The notes beneath the pieces were generated by a model. That model had not been told where the DNA came from and ran no database searches. It saw only the letters and a program-made list of their open reading frames with translations. Positions 60,231-64,000 of a stretch of DNA of 64,000 nucleotides are shown piece after piece (the first letter of the stretch is position 1; each line of letters begins with the position of its first letter). The translations under genes were made by a program, and so were the position numbers. This stretch comes from the human T2T-CHM13v2.0 reference genome, Homo sapiens. The stretch lies in NCBI RefSeq assembly GCF_009914755.1, contig NC_060928.1, one strand, 5' to 3'.

Positions 60231-64000
<3,770 letters not shown>

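Overview
Primate genomic DNA, most likely great ape, because the youngest L1s look L1PA3-like. The window is repeat-dense and intronic or intergenic in character, and I recognise no host protein-coding exon. The long ORFs are decayed LINE-1 ORF1/ORF2 fragments or THE1 internal sequence; the rest look like chance ORFs in repeats. Contents: 8 Alus (J/S type), many MIR/L2 fragments, MaLR LTRs (MST, MLT1, THE1), one full-length THE1C provirus with a 5-bp TSD, ERVL-type LTRs, DNA-transposon MITEs (MER82, MER33, MER58, MER102, Tigger3), old L1M/HAL1 pieces, and two long same-strand L1PA3-like elements (48586-53034 and 60445->64000). The most striking observation is that these two L1s have separate insertion junctions yet share the same ORF2 reverse-transcriptase frameshift and about 15 non-consensus amino-acid changes, some in conserved RT motifs. 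This points to a defective source element mobilised in trans, or to local gene conversion. A non-repetitive, CpG- and motif-rich island at about 25.8-26.7 kb ends in a strong splice donor and is the best candidate for a promoter, enhancer or exon. Repeat subfamily names come from my memory of consensus sequences, not from a database run, and boundaries of old repeats are approximate.
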